This document shows, piece after piece, positions 45,737 to 56,284 of a DNA stretch of 64,000 nt. The notes under the pieces are model-generated. The model was not told where the DNA came from and did not search any database. It worked only from the letters and a program-made list of their open reading frames with translations. The position numbers and the translations under genes were made by a program. The stretch is from the NCBI GenBank assembly GCA_963740315.1, contig CAVUDP010000002.1, positions 3,424,001 through 3,488,000 of the forward strand. The letters are read 5' to 3'. The first letter of the stretch is position 1. Every line of letters begins with the position of its first letter. The DNA comes from an uncultured cyanobacterium. GTDB taxonomy: Bacteria; Cyanobacteriota; Cyanobacteriia; Cyanobacteriales; Nostocaceae.

Positions 45737-47788
45737 TTATTGCGCGAAAATATGTAACCCTAAGTATTTTGAAAGTTCTTCGCAAACTTTAATTCCGCGA
45801 ACGCTGTTACCGCGAGAATCTAGGGGAGGGGAAAAGACTGCGATTCCCATTTGATTGGGAACTACACCGATAATTCCGCCACCGACTCCACTTTTGGCTG
45901 GAAATCCAACTTTATATACCCATTCTCCTGCAAAATCGTACATTCCACAGCTATACATAACGCTGAGAAGGTCTTTAACAAAGTTAGAATTAATTGCTCG
46001 TTCTTTGGTAACGGGATTTACGCCATTATTAGCCAAAGTCGCTCCCATTAATGCTAAATCTCGACAGTTAATAATTACGCTGCACTGCTGGAGGTATAAA
46101 CTCAAAGTTTGGCTGATATCCCCGGAAATCATGCCAAAATTACGCAGTAAATATGATATTGCCCAATTGCGATCGCCATTATTTTGTTCGGATACGAGTA
46201 TGGGTGTATCTACAAAAACTCTACGTCCGATATAGCGATGATACATTTCTAATATTCGCTTGAGTTTATGACCCGGACCCGCTCCTTCTATTAAACTGGT
46301 AGTTGCGATCGCTCCGGTATTAACCATGCTGTTATAAGGTCGTTTGGATTTGGATTCAACTTTAATGATGGAGTTGTAAGCGTCTCCGGTTGGTTCGACA
46401 TCAACTTTGGTTAAAACGTAATCTCTTCCTTTGTCTTCAAGTGCTAGTCCGTAAGCAAAGACTTTTGATATTGATTGAATTAAAAATGATTCTTCCCAAT
46501 CTCCTACGCAATAAACTTCACCGTCAACAGTAGCGATGCAGATAGCAAACCAATCGGGATTAATTTCTACTAAACCAGGTTCGCTAATATAAACTTTTCC
46601 ATCTCTGAGAGGAAGATACTTGCAATGTAACTCTCTCAAAAATGCAATCAAAGATTTAGAAGGTAGATTAAATTGAGTCTTTATGCTTGGTTGAGTAGTA
46701 TGCGTTGATGGCGTAGCTCCTTGAATTTTACGCTGTTGTATGCCGCCAGAAATCTCTTCGTTATCTGTAGTAAAAATATGCAGTTTAAATTTTTCTGATA
46801 ATGCTTCAAAAACTTTAACTCCTCTCCAACTTTTTTTGCGTTCATCAAGAGGAGGAGAAAACACAGCTATCCCCATTTGATTGGGAACAACTCCAATAAT
46901 TGCACCCGATAAACCACTCTTCGCCGGTAAACCAACTTTGTACGCCCACTGACCTGAAAATTCGTACAGACCGCAGGTATACATAATACTGAGTATATTC
47001 TTAACGTATTTTTTATCTATCGCTCGCTCTTTCGTCAAAGGATTTTCGCCAATATTAGCTAAAGTAGCTGCCATCATTGCTAAATCGTGACAGTTAATAG
47101 TTAACGAACATTGTTGAAAATACAGATTAAGAATGTCATCAATATTGCCTTCAATTTTTCCAAAATTCAACATCATATAGGCGATCGCCCTATTAAGATG
47201 GTCGTTGGCTTTCTTAGAATTAAATACTGAATAATCAATAGATACATCTCTACCGATATAGCGCCGAAACATCTCCAGTACACGATCGTAACGTTTTCGT
47301 GCATCCGAACCTTTGATTAAACTGGTAGTGACAATCGCACCCGCGTTTACCATCGGGTTGTAACGTCGTTGCGATATTTCCTCCGCTTCCATTATCGAGT
47401 TGAAAGGTTCCCCAGTCGGTTCAACACCAATACGTTCGATTATGCGATCGCTTCCCCAATCTTCCAAAGCCAATCCATACACAAAAGGCTTAGAAATCGA
47501 CTGAATGCTAAACTCAATTGTAGTATGACCGATATCAAAAACTGTTCCATCCACACCAACCGCACAGATTCCAAACCAATCCGGGTTAGCTTTAGCCAAC
47601 TCCGGTATATTCTGTGCAACCGTTCCTTCATTGAGGGGCTGATAAAAATTATATAAATCTTCAAGAAAACTCGTCAGCGCTGGAGTGATTCCTCCTTGTG
47701 GAGCATTTAACCGTTGAAAATCCTTGATATCGGTCATATCACATTTATAAAAGTTGCACAATACCCCAGTTTCAACTATTTTGACCAT
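45737..47788 (-). CDS. glsA: Glutaminase with two tandem glutaminase domains (alternative start 47737)
   Basis: IQSISK, VEPTG.(F/Y)NS, CG(L/M)Y.F.G.W, PAKSG, SPPLD each occur twice. Confidence 0.88.
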   Translation of the reverse strand: MVKIVETGVLCNFYKCDMTDIKDFQRLNAPQGGITPALTSFLEDLYNFYQPLNEGTVAQNIPELAKANPDWFGICAVGVDGTVFDIGHTTIEFSIQSISKPFVYGLALEDWGSDRIIERIGVEPTGEPFNSIMEAEEISQRRYNPMVNAGAIVTTSLIKGSDARKRYDRVLEMFRRYIGRDVSIDYSVFNSKKANDHLNRAIAYMMLNFGKIEGNIDDILNLYFQQCSLTINCHDLAMMAATLANIGENPLTKERAIDKKYVKNILSIMYTCGLYEFSGQWAYKVGLPAKSGLSGAIIGVVPNQMGIAVFSPPLDERKKSWRGVKVFEALSEKFKLHIFTTDNEEISGGIQQRKIQGATPSTHTTQPSIKTQFNLPSKSLIAFLRELHCKYLPLRDGKVYISEPGLVEINPDWFAICIATVDGEVYCVGDWEESFLIQSISKVFAYGLALEDKGRDYVLTKVDVEPTGDAYNSIIKVESKSKRPYNSMVNTGAIATTSLIEGAGPGHKLKRILEMYHRYIGRRVFVDTPILVSEQNNGDRNWAISYLLRNFGMISGDISQTLSLYLQQCSVIINCRDLALMGATLANNGVNPVTKERAINSNFVKDLLSVMYSCGMYDFAGEWVYKVGFPAKSGVGGGIIGVVPNQMGIAVFSPPLDSRGNSVRGIKVCEELSKYLGLHIFAQ

Positions 47789-48541
47789 TGTTCGCAGTAG
47801 TCAAGCTGACAAATAAACGAAAATATACTTATTAGGGAATTGGGCATTGGGCTAAAGAAAAGCGACGTTACAAGCAAAGAAGCGCTAATCTGATACACAG
47901 GCTGGCGCTTCTTCACTTATATTCAGAGTCTTTATATCAGCTGACTCGGTTTTAATTAAGAAATATCAACTTATATATATTTTTTCATCCGAAAAGGAAC
48001 TTTTGCTACTTTTTTATATTTTCTTTATATTTATAAGTTAAAATTTGCTTTGGATTTTTTTACCCAATTGACATTACCAACGAAGCCCTGCGATCTCACA
48101 GGGCTTTTATTTGAGCAATTATAATAGGTCGGTATCAATTATTATTCATGCGAATAATTTTTGTTAATCCATAATATATTCCAATGCTCAATAGGTTCTA
48201 AAAAAGCGTCAACCATTATAAATTAAAGATTAACGCTTCTATTTTGTTATTTTGAAGGCTTTATGTAAGCTGACCCCGTTTAAAACTTCAAGGTCGTTAA
48301 AGTAAGTGACCTCGTAAATATTTATTTATGTAACTCATTGTTTAGATTCTCATCAAATCGTAAAAATATTGTAACATTTAAGATTTTCTTTAGATTTAAG
48401 ATTTAAGATTTTCTTTAGATTGTTTAATCAACTTGTGTAATGGATGGCATTCCAGGATCTGACTGGACTTCTCTATCAAAAATCAAGTGTAGGTTAGGCA
48501 GAAGAAATAAGTGTTTAATTTAGATTTGGAATAATAAAGCC

Positions 48542-48781
48542 ATGTTGGGACTCAAAGAACGAGCAGTTACAATGCGTTATGTTTGGTCGGTAATTGAAGA
48601 AACTGAAGCCAAAACTCTTCTAAATTTAAATGATGCAGACCTGTTAAACCAGTTAGTCAAACAGTTAGAACACAAGAAGCTACTGACTAGCGAACAAATT
48701 AACGCCATAAGTACATATATTAGTTCAAGAGTACCATTAATTCGCGATTTAGCTCAGTCACGTATGGTATGTAATTTGTGA
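48542..48781 (+). CDS. Small hypothetical protein
   Basis: WSVIEET...L.D.DL...YISSRVPLIRDLA, a pattern I recognise from small cyanobacterial proteins. Confidence 0.7.
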   Translation: MLGLKERAVTMRYVWSVIEETEAKTLLNLNDADLLNQLVKQLEHKKLLTSEQINAISTYISSRVPLIRDLAQSRMVCNL

Positions 48782-48794
48782 TTTTAGTAGCGAA

Positions 48795-50443
48795 TTACCT
48801 TTTCAATGATGCTAAAACTGGCATAAGATATTGTGTCAAAGTGAAAGCGTCTACTCCTAATTCCGTGCGCTCTTGTGCTGCTAGTATACCTGCCCTACCG
48901 TGCCACCATGCAGCAGTTGCAACCATTTTTTCTAAATCTAACTTTCGCGAAACAGCTTGCGCCATTAATCCCCCAAGTAATCCGGTTAACACATCACCAC
49001 TACCTCCACGAGCTAAAGCTGGGGTACTTTGAGGATTAATCCAAACGCAACCTTGAGGATTTGCGATCGCAGTTCTTGAACCTTTTAGCAATACTATTGC
49101 ACCAGATTGTTCGGCGGCTTCTCGTACTGCCAAAATTCTATTTTGATTAACATTCTTAATATCAGGGAATAACCGCTTGAATTCGCCGGGATGGGGAGTA
49201 AGTATAGTTGATGCTGTTCGTTTTTGTAGTGTTTGCAGGGTTCCCATGCTGGCGAGAATATTTAAACCATCGGCATCTAGAAGTAAAGGGTTAGAAGTAT
49301 CTAATATTTCCTGTAAAATGGGGCTGGCATCTAACGTAATACCCGGACCGCAAGCTATAGCATCGAAGGTGTTTAGATCGGTATTATCTGGTAATTGTAA
49401 CTGAGCGATCGCGCCACTTTGAGTTTCCGGACAGGCGATAATTAACGCTTCAGGTAAATGTGACACCATTGTAGCTGCCAGAGATTCGGGTACGGCGATC
49501 GAAAGCATCCCTACACCAGAAGCACGCGCTCCCAAACCAGTTAAAATTGCACCACCCGAATAGCGACGAGAACCGCAAACAAGCAGTAAATGACCTTCTT
49601 TATATTTGTGAGTGACTTGAGGGCGAGGTAAAGGAAGATTTACAAGTGCAGTTGCTGTAGTGATGCGTTTGATTTTAGGAACTTCTCCTAATACAGCTTG
49701 CACATCTGCATATTGAATATCAAAATCTATTAAAGAGGGTTTACCGATATATTCTAAAGCTTGGTCTTGCAGTAAACCTAATTTCCACAAACCCAGACAA
49801 AAAGTGATTGTTGCGCGAACCCCAACTCCGAGAACAACTCCTGTATCTGTATGTAAACCCGAAGGTACATCGATACTAAAAATCGGTTTATGCCATTGAT
49901 TTAGTTGATTAATAGCACTTGAAACGGGTTCAGTAATATCTCTTTCCAAGCCAAAACCGAATAAACCATCAATAAAACAATCGCAATCTTGCAGCTTTTC
50001 AATCGATTCAAAGCAAGGTATATCCAAACTGCGGACATATTGTAAATGCTGCGAAGTTAATTCCTTCAGCTTAGAAATAGGACAATAAACGCTAACCTTA
50101 TATCCGCGAAAATATAGTTCGCGAGCCACAACTAAAGCATCACCACCATTATGACCCGGACCTGCCAGGATTCCCACGCTGGGAAGGGATGGAGGGATGG
50201 GGAGAGAGGGGGAAGAGGGGGAGAGGGGGAGAGGGGGAGAGGGGGAGAATAAATATTCTGCTTGTCTCCTTGTCCTCTTCTACCTTGTCCTAAAATCTCT
50301 TCAACTCGACAGGTAATAAGTCCCGCTACTTTTTCCATCAAAGCCGCTACAGGCATACCTGCTGCAAAGATACGCGCTTCGATATCGCGCATTTGGGCTG
50401 CGGTAACTGCGACTTGGGAAATTAATTCTTGATTATCAAACAT
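48795..50443 (-). pseudogene. nnr: Bifunctional NAD(P)HX epimerase/dehydratase (NnrE-NnrD), frameshifted within a repeat insertion
   Basis: VTAAQMRDIE...LMEKVA in one frame; GPGHNGGD, IDVPSG, HKY..G, DADGL, TPHPGEF, GGSGDVL in another; frames differ by 2 nt. Confidence 0.8.
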
Positions 50444-50459
50444 AGGATAAAAATTAGGA

Positions 50460-50706
50460 ATTAAGAGTTAAGAGTTACCAGTTACCAGTTACCAGTTACC
50501 AGTTACCAGTTACCAGTTACCAGTTACCAATTAAAATTCTACCTTGTCCCCTTGTCCCCTTGTCCCCTTGTCTCCCCGTCTCCCCATCTCCCCATCTCCC
50601 CCTCTCCCCCTCTCCCCATCTCCCCCTCTCCCCCTCTCCCCATCTCCCCATCTCCCCCTCTCCCCCCTCTACCCTCTCTTCCCCCCTCTCCCCCCTCTAC
50701 CCTCTC
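50460..50706. repeat. STRR arrays (TTACCAG; TCTCCCC(A/C) 8-mers)
   Basis: Visible arrays. Confidence 0.9.
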
Positions 50707-50707
50707 T

Positions 50708-51442
50708 TTATTTTCCGTAATAAACTCTAGCGTTATTTAATCCCAGGGAACGAATATAGTAGTTCCATTGTTCTGCTTGTAAGCGTCCTTCAAAAGGTCC
50801 AACTGCTACGTGAGGACCTCTAGGGGCGTTTCTCACGGCTACTCCTACGGTATTTCCTCCCGCACTTTGCTTAATTTGATTTTCAATTTGAAATAGTTTG
50901 TCAGCTTCGTCTGGAATGGCTACATAGTAATATTTAGTTCTCTCCCTTCTACTATTATTTCTGGAAGAATTCGAGCTACCCCCAGAATTATTGGAAATAT
51001 TATTGTCAGGATAAGTATTAGCGATTTCTCTTCCGGTAGTCTGGCTGTAGATACGGGAACCGATATTATAAGCAAGTAATTGTCTAATTCTTTCTTGAGC
51101 GTTGTCTAAACGTCTAAAAACTCCTGCTTGGATGACAGAGCGTCCAAGAAAGTCACCCGCAAAAGCTGTAGGTTCAACAAGCTGTACTTGCTGGAGTAAT
51201 TGAGAGTTAGTGTTATCTACAATCACTAAATAGCTTTCAGAATTTTGATTAAATTGAGAATCAAAATCGTATCCATTGTTCTGAGCGTACTGCACTTGCG
51301 CTACTGTTTGAGTTACAGGAGTTTTTGCTTGTGTTGGTGTGATTGAGACAAGCGTTAAACAGCTTCCTAGTAAAGAATAGGCGATTAAAGAAGGTCGAAT
51401 CAAATTATCAATTACATTAAACATGACGTAATACTCATTCAA
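50708..51442 (-). CDS. Exported hypothetical protein with SPOR-like segments
   Basis: Signal peptide; IQAGVF, HVAVGPF...NARVYY. Confidence 0.7.
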   Translation of the reverse strand: MNEYYVMFNVIDNLIRPSLIAYSLLGSCLTLVSITPTQAKTPVTQTVAQVQYAQNNGYDFDSQFNQNSESYLVIVDNTNSQLLQQVQLVEPTAFAGDFLGRSVIQAGVFRRLDNAQERIRQLLAYNIGSRIYSQTTGREIANTYPDNNISNNSGGSSNSSRNNSRRERTKYYYVAIPDEADKLFQIENQIKQSAGGNTVGVAVRNAPRGPHVAVGPFEGRLQAEQWNYYIRSLGLNNARVYYGK

Positions 51443-51785
51443 TTTTAGATTTTAGATACTTCGGCAAGCTCAGCACAAGTTTTAGATTTTAGATTATTTC
51501 TATGAATGACTTCATGGATCGGGATTATAATATTTGAGATTTTAAATTATCTCTCTACAATTAAAAATGCGCGTCAGGTAAACTTTTGTAGATAGTAGAT
51601 AACCGATCGAGCAATTTTTTTTAATTACTATATATTTACTGCCCAGTTATATAACGGTTCCCTACTCCCTACTTAACCGAAATGTTTAATTAAATGTTGG
51701 GACAAGTACTCAATTGAGAGGATGAATTAATCAAGCAATTAAATAGTGTTAACTTAGAATTAACAGCATAAGCTATTTTACGGAT

Positions 51786-52838
51786 ATGGAAAAAGTCGTA
51801 GTAGGTCTTTCCGGTGGCGTTGACAGTTCTGCTGTAGCCGCCATATTAAACGATCGGGGCTATGAAGTTATTGGTCTTACCCTTTGGTTAATGAAGGGTA
51901 AAGGTCAATGTTGCTCTGAAGGTATGGTTGACGCGGCTCATATCTGCGAACAGATGGGCGTTCCCCATCATGTTGTTGATATCCGCGATGTTTTTCAAAG
52001 CAATATTGTTGATTATCTGGTAACTGGTTACAGTGCTGGTGTTACGCCCTTACCTTGTTCGCAGTGCAATAAAACTGTCAAGTTCGGTCCTATGCTGGAA
52101 TATGCACGGGAAAAGTTGGATTCTCAAAAAATAGCTACAGGACATTACGCTCGCATTAATTACAACGAAACCAGCGGGCGTTACGAACTTCTGCGAGCAT
52201 TCGATCGCAATAAAGACCAGACATATTTTTTATACGATCTGTCGCAAGATTTACTTAGCGGTTCGATGTTTCCACTGGGAGAAGTAGAAAAATCAGAAAC
52301 CCGTCGTATTGCTGCCCAATACAATTTACAAACAGCCGATAAGCCAGAAAGTCAAGATTTATGTTTGGTAGAAAGCAACGGTTCAATGCGTGCTTTTCTA
52401 GATAAATATTTGGCTCCTAAAAAAGGCGATATTGTAAATGCTGAAGGTAAAGTGTTGGGAGAACATAATGGCGTACATCACTACACCATCGGACAGCGTA
52501 AAGGATTGGGGATTGCCGCCGCACAACCTTTGTATGTAATTGGTTTAGATGCAGTCGCTAACCGGGTAATAGTTGGCGATCGCACTACGGCAACCAACCC
52601 AGAATGTAACGTAGCGCGAGTAAATTGGGTATCGATCGCCGAACCTGCAAGTCCCATTCGTGCTTCCGTACAAGTTCGCTATCGTTGTCAACCAGTACCA
52701 GTGACGGTAATTCCTTTGGAAAACTTCCGCGTTAAAGTAGTGTTTGACGAACCCCAATTCAGCATCACTCCAGGGCAAGCAGCCGTATGGTACGACGCTG
52801 AAAAAGTCCTCGGTGGTGGAATAATTGAACGGTTTTAG
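51786..52838 (+). CDS. mnmA: tRNA 2-thiouridylase MnmA
   Basis: [44 protein letters not shown]. Confidence 0.96.
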   Translation: MEKVVVGLSGGVDSSAVAAILNDRGYEVIGLTLWLMKGKGQCCSEGMVDAAHICEQMGVPHHVVDIRDVFQSNIVDYLVTGYSAGVTPLPCSQCNKTVKFGPMLEYAREKLDSQKIATGHYARINYNETSGRYELLRAFDRNKDQTYFLYDLSQDLLSGSMFPLGEVEKSETRRIAAQYNLQTADKPESQDLCLVESNGSMRAFLDKYLAPKKGDIVNAEGKVLGEHNGVHHYTIGQRKGLGIAAAQPLYVIGLDAVANRVIVGDRTTATNPECNVARVNWVSIAEPASPIRASVQVRYRCQPVPVTVIPLENFRVKVVFDEPQFSITPGQAAVWYDAEKVLGGGIIERF

Positions 52839-52848
52839 AAGTTAGGAA

Positions 52849-53288
52849 TTTTGTAGGGTGTGTTATGGCGCGATCGCTAATTCCGATTGTGAAAAAATAT
52901 ATATGTTCCGCGTCTAACGCACCGTTTTAATTAATATTTGCTTGTACATAAATTTTAGTTTTGTAGGGTGTGTTATGGCGCGATCGCTAATTCCGATTGT
53001 GAAAAAATATATATGTTCCGCGTCTAACGCACCGTTTTAATTAATATTTGCTTGTACATAAATTTTAGTTTTGTAGGGTGTGTTATGGCGCGATCGCTAA
53101 TTCCGATTGTGAAAAAATATATATGTTCCGCGTCTAACGCACCGTTTTAATTAATATTTGCTTGTACATAAATTTTAGTTTTGTAGGGTGTGTTATGGCG
53201 CGATCGCTAATTCCGATTGTGAAAAAATATATATGTTTCGCGTCTAACGCACCGTTTTAATTAATATTTGCTTGTACATGAATTTTAG
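52849..53288. repeat. Four tandem 110-bp units, each with a GTAG REP palindrome and a HIP1 site
   Basis: Units start at 52849, 52959, 53069, 53179; copies 1-3 identical, copy 4 has 2 substitutions. Confidence 0.95.
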
Positions 53289-53338
53289 CGGTGCGTTGCT
53301 AATAACTGATAACTGCTTACTGCTAACTGTTCACTGAT

Positions 53339-53371
53339 AAAAAAAGACCCGATTTCGGGGAGAAATCGAGT
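53339..53371 (-). terminator. Intrinsic terminator of the Spy/CpxP-like gene
   Basis: A-run then ACCCGATTTC...GAAATCGAGT; the mismatch is G.U on the minus strand. Confidence 0.75.
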
Positions 53372-53419
53372 ACATTTGAGAGTATCTTCTAGGGAAATTG
53401 CTAAAACTGTTTTAAAAAG

Positions 53420-53746
53420 TTAGTTTGAACGATAAATTGCTCTTTTTTGCTCTTTTGCTACTTGCATTATTTCCTCTACTTGAGTTTGCTGTTCTTGGGA
53501 AAGATTTAAGTTAGCTACAGCAGAACGCATTTTTTGTCCGTCTTCCACAGCACTTTGTAATTGTCCTTGTTGTTGTGGATTTAAGACGGCTTCGAGTTGA
53601 GAACGAGTATTGTCTTTTACTTGTTCCATTTGGGTGCGTTGTGCTTGAGTTAAGTTTTTCTTATCTCCACAAGCGTTTGCAGCTAAAGGAAGTGCAAGAG
53701 TAAGTACGGTAGATGCAGCCAATATTGGCATTAGTTTAGACTTCAT
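53420..53746 (-). CDS. Spy/CpxP-family periplasmic chaperone (LTxxQ motifs)
   Basis: Signal peptide; NLTQAQR, VLNPQQ, LNLSQEQ helical repeats. Confidence 0.8.
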   Translation of the reverse strand: MKSKLMPILAASTVLTLALPLAANACGDKKNLTQAQRTQMEQVKDNTRSQLEAVLNPQQQGQLQSAVEDGQKMRSAVANLNLSQEQQTQVEEIMQVAKEQKRAIYRSN

Positions 53747-53799
53747 TCAGAATGCCTCAAATCTTGTTTCAAGTTCGATTATTTTTAGTATGAATTAAC

Positions 53800-53819
53800 A
53801 ATATGACATCAATATGACA
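53800..53819 (-). promoter_or_regulatory. Direct-repeat box AATATGACA-N2-AATATGACA (OmpR-type site)
   Basis: 11-bp period; 7 bp from -10-like CATACT (53787-92). Confidence 0.7.
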
Positions 53820-53860
53820 ACTAATAATTGGGAATTGGGAATTGATTAATAACAACTAAT

Positions 53861-54012
53861 TAGGACTTAGCAAAAAGACACAATTTTCTTGTAGGGTGTG
53901 TGACGCAACGAAAAAATATGAACGTAGTAATAAGACTTATAACGTCACGCACCAACAACCATTTGTGACAATAATGACGCTACCGCGTCACGCTCCGAAG
54001 ACCGTAAGTCTT
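53861..54012. mobile_element. MITE-like element with GGACTTA.../...CGTAAGTC ends and internal GTGTGACGC/CGTCACGCAC palindrome
   Basis: Related copies at 63315-63481 and partial 54771-54848. Confidence 0.65.
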
Positions 54013-54029
54013 GCTAATAACTAATAAAT

Positions 54030-54064
54030 AAAAAGCCTCTGCTAAGTAACGATTAGCAAAGGCT
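54030..54064 (-). terminator. Intrinsic terminator downstream of the htrA operon
   Basis: AAAAAGCCTCTGCTAA-N7-TTAGCAAAGGCT. Confidence 0.75.
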
Positions 54065-54199
54065 GATTCTGCAAGGAAACGGTTTAAATTTAAATTATTA
54101 GAACGAAAAATTTATCGTTGATAGACTTCTTGAATAGTTTAGGGAAAAGCAGTTATAGTCATTATTCACCTTTGACATGCAGACATGCAGACCTGATTA

Positions 54200-54697
54200 T
54201 TATCGATCGCGCTCTAGATCGTAAATTGCTTTCTCTAAAATCCAGTTGATTGATTTATCGGGATGGCTTTTTTTAATGCCAGCGACTAATCGATTTGCTG
54301 TATTGCGATCGCCACCGACAAGTAAGAGTAATTGCTTTCTCAATCGCGGATTCGCTTGTTCTATTGAGACGTTGCTTTGCTGATGACCTGATTTCGGGGA
54401 TGAAGTTGGATTTTGTCGGTTTAAGCTCCAAACTACGCCAGCGGTACCAGCACCAATTGCTGCTAATCCTAGTATTGTGGCATTTTCACCGATTTGATTA
54501 CCAACATTATCGTCAGCAACATCGGCGGTAAATACAACGGGTTGATATTTACTATTGTTTTGTACGGGTAATGTTTTCTCTTGACGATTTGATATTGATT
54601 CTATTTGTCCGAATGCGGGGGCAGCCCTTAATGATAAAGTAAGCAAACTGCTAACGATGCCGGTACCAATAATAGCGATAGCATCAAAGCGTTTCAT
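54200..54697 (-). CDS. Hypothetical membrane protein with small C-terminal helical domain
   Basis: Signal peptide plus TM; QLLLLVGGD...WILEKAIYDLERDR. Confidence 0.75.
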   Translation of the reverse strand: MKRFDAIAIIGTGIVSSLLTLSLRAAPAFGQIESISNRQEKTLPVQNNSKYQPVVFTADVADDNVGNQIGENATILGLAAIGAGTAGVVWSLNRQNPTSSPKSGHQQSNVSIEQANPRLRKQLLLLVGGDRNTANRLVAGIKKSHPDKSINWILEKAIYDLERDR

Positions 54698-54895
54698 GGA
54701 TAATCTTTTATCTCTTGAATGTGGTTAGTGAAATTTTGGATTTCAGATTTTAGATTGAATAATTAATTGTTGGGTGTGTGACGCTTTTAGACATTTAGAA
54801 AGATAAATCAATATTTCGATCGAGCGTCACGCATCAAGGTTAAGTCCTAATTATGACCAAGTAAATTCAAATTAATCTAAAATCTAAAATTGAAA

Positions 54896-56002
54896 TTAGC
54901 CTTGAGAAACGGGGAATTGTCCGGGTTGAACGCGGATATTTACATTTCTTCCGCCGCGATTAACTGCTACTTGAACGTTGCCGCCGACTGTGGTTTTTTC
55001 TACTGCTAATTGAACGTCATCTGCGGTTTTTACCGATTTACCATCGATTCGTTGAATTACATCTCCGGGGCGTAAACCTGCTCTGGCTGCGGGTGAATTA
55101 CGAGCAACGTCTACAATTACGATGCCTTTGTTTGCAGCTAAACTTAAACCAAGTTCGCGACTTAAATCTTCTTTCAAATCTGAAGTTAATGTCGTCATGC
55201 GAACTCCTAAGTAAGGATGCGCGACTTTTTCACCAGCAACCAGCTGACTGGCTATTTGTTGGGCTTTATTAATAGGAATTGCAAATCCTAAACCTTGAGC
55301 GCGTCCGATGATAGCAGTATTTATACCGATAACTTCACCGCGTTGGTTTAATAAAGGACCACCAGAATTACCGGGGTTAATTGCTGCATCGGTTTGGATA
55401 AAGCGAACTCGTTTGTCAGCAGCACCGATGACTCCACTTGAACGCCCCGTACCGCTGATGATTCCAGCAGTTACAGTGTTGTCCAATCCCAAAGGATTAC
55501 CAATGGCGATCGCCCATTCACCTGGTTTGAGATTTTCGGAATTACCTATTTCTACTTTGGGTAAGTTATTAGCAGAAACTTTGACTACAGCAACATCGGT
55601 TAAATCGTCTAAACCAACAACTTCACCCATCAAATTGCGTCCATCACCTAAAGTAACTCGAACTTTAGAAGAACCTTTGACTACATGAGCGTTGGTAAGG
55701 ATGGTACCGTTGGAATCAATAATAAATCCAGAACCTATGCCATTAGACTCCCTTGTACGTCTTCCCCTTGTAGAAGTACGAGTCGAATCGATTCGGACAA
55801 CCGCAGGGCCAGTTTTTTCCACTGCTGTAGCAATAAAGTTATTAGGAACAGCTTGGCTGGTATTTGCCGGTATCTGAGCGATTTTTTGTTGTTGTAAAGC
55901 TTCAGTCGGTAATAATTGAGTAACGGGTAAGGTAAAAGCAGCGCCAGCAAAGAAGACAGATAAATAAGCTAGGGATTTTGGGAATGATATCTTGTTACTC
56001 AT
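54896..56002 (-). CDS. HtrA/HhoA/HhoB serine protease with PDZ domain
   Basis: GSGFII, TNAHVV, DVAV, QTDAAINPGNSGGPL, PDZ. Confidence 0.95.
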   Translation of the reverse strand: MSNKISFPKSLAYLSVFFAGAAFTLPVTQLLPTEALQQQKIAQIPANTSQAVPNNFIATAVEKTGPAVVRIDSTRTSTRGRRTRESNGIGSGFIIDSNGTILTNAHVVKGSSKVRVTLGDGRNLMGEVVGLDDLTDVAVVKVSANNLPKVEIGNSENLKPGEWAIAIGNPLGLDNTVTAGIISGTGRSSGVIGAADKRVRFIQTDAAINPGNSGGPLLNQRGEVIGINTAIIGRAQGLGFAIPINKAQQIASQLVAGEKVAHPYLGVRMTTLTSDLKEDLSRELGLSLAANKGIVIVDVARNSPAARAGLRPGDVIQRIDGKSVKTADDVQLAVEKTTVGGNVQVAVNRGGRNVNIRVQPGQFPVSQG

Positions 56003-56086
56003 AGTAGTTAGTAGTTAGTTGTTAGTAGTTAGTTGTTTTAAGAGATTAATTAGGAATTTTTGTTGTTAACTTTAGTTTCGCAGGTA

Positions 56087-56106
56087 AATATGACAGGAAT
56101 ATGTCA
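56087..56106 (-). promoter_or_regulatory. Direct-repeat box AATATGACA-N2-AATATGTCA upstream of htrA
   Basis: Same motif, period and orientation as 53800-53819. Confidence 0.7.
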
Positions 56107-56133
56107 ACTCGATTTTAGATTTTAGATTTTAGA

Positions 56134-56218
56134 TACTTCGGCAAGTCTTACAGTGAGCTACGTCGAACTGCTCAGCACAAGTTTTAGATTTTAGATACTT
56201 CGGCAAGCTCAGCACAAG
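56134..56218. repeat. 23-bp mini-element (plain and with nested 25-bp insert) in a TTTTAGA array
   Basis: TACTTCGGCAAGCTCAGCACAAG at 56196-56218 and 51457-51479; nested form at 56134-56181. Confidence 0.85.
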
Positions 56219-56284
56219 TTTTAGATTTTAGATTTAATAACTTTTCCCTTTTCCCCGTTCCCTTCAACGAAAGTCAGGGTTTAG

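Noticed and set aside
47980..48010. Glutamine riboswitch upstream of glutaminase
   Set aside because: Only fragmentary resemblance, wrong strand for glsA, and no three-way junction could be built
50552..50740. Pro-rich 62-aa ORF (likewise 44496-44723, 45362-45616, 57871-58071, 59090-59353)
   Set aside because: These are translations of stop-free tandem repeats
52849..53288. CRISPR array
   Set aside because: Units are identical along their whole length, with no unique spacers and no cas genes
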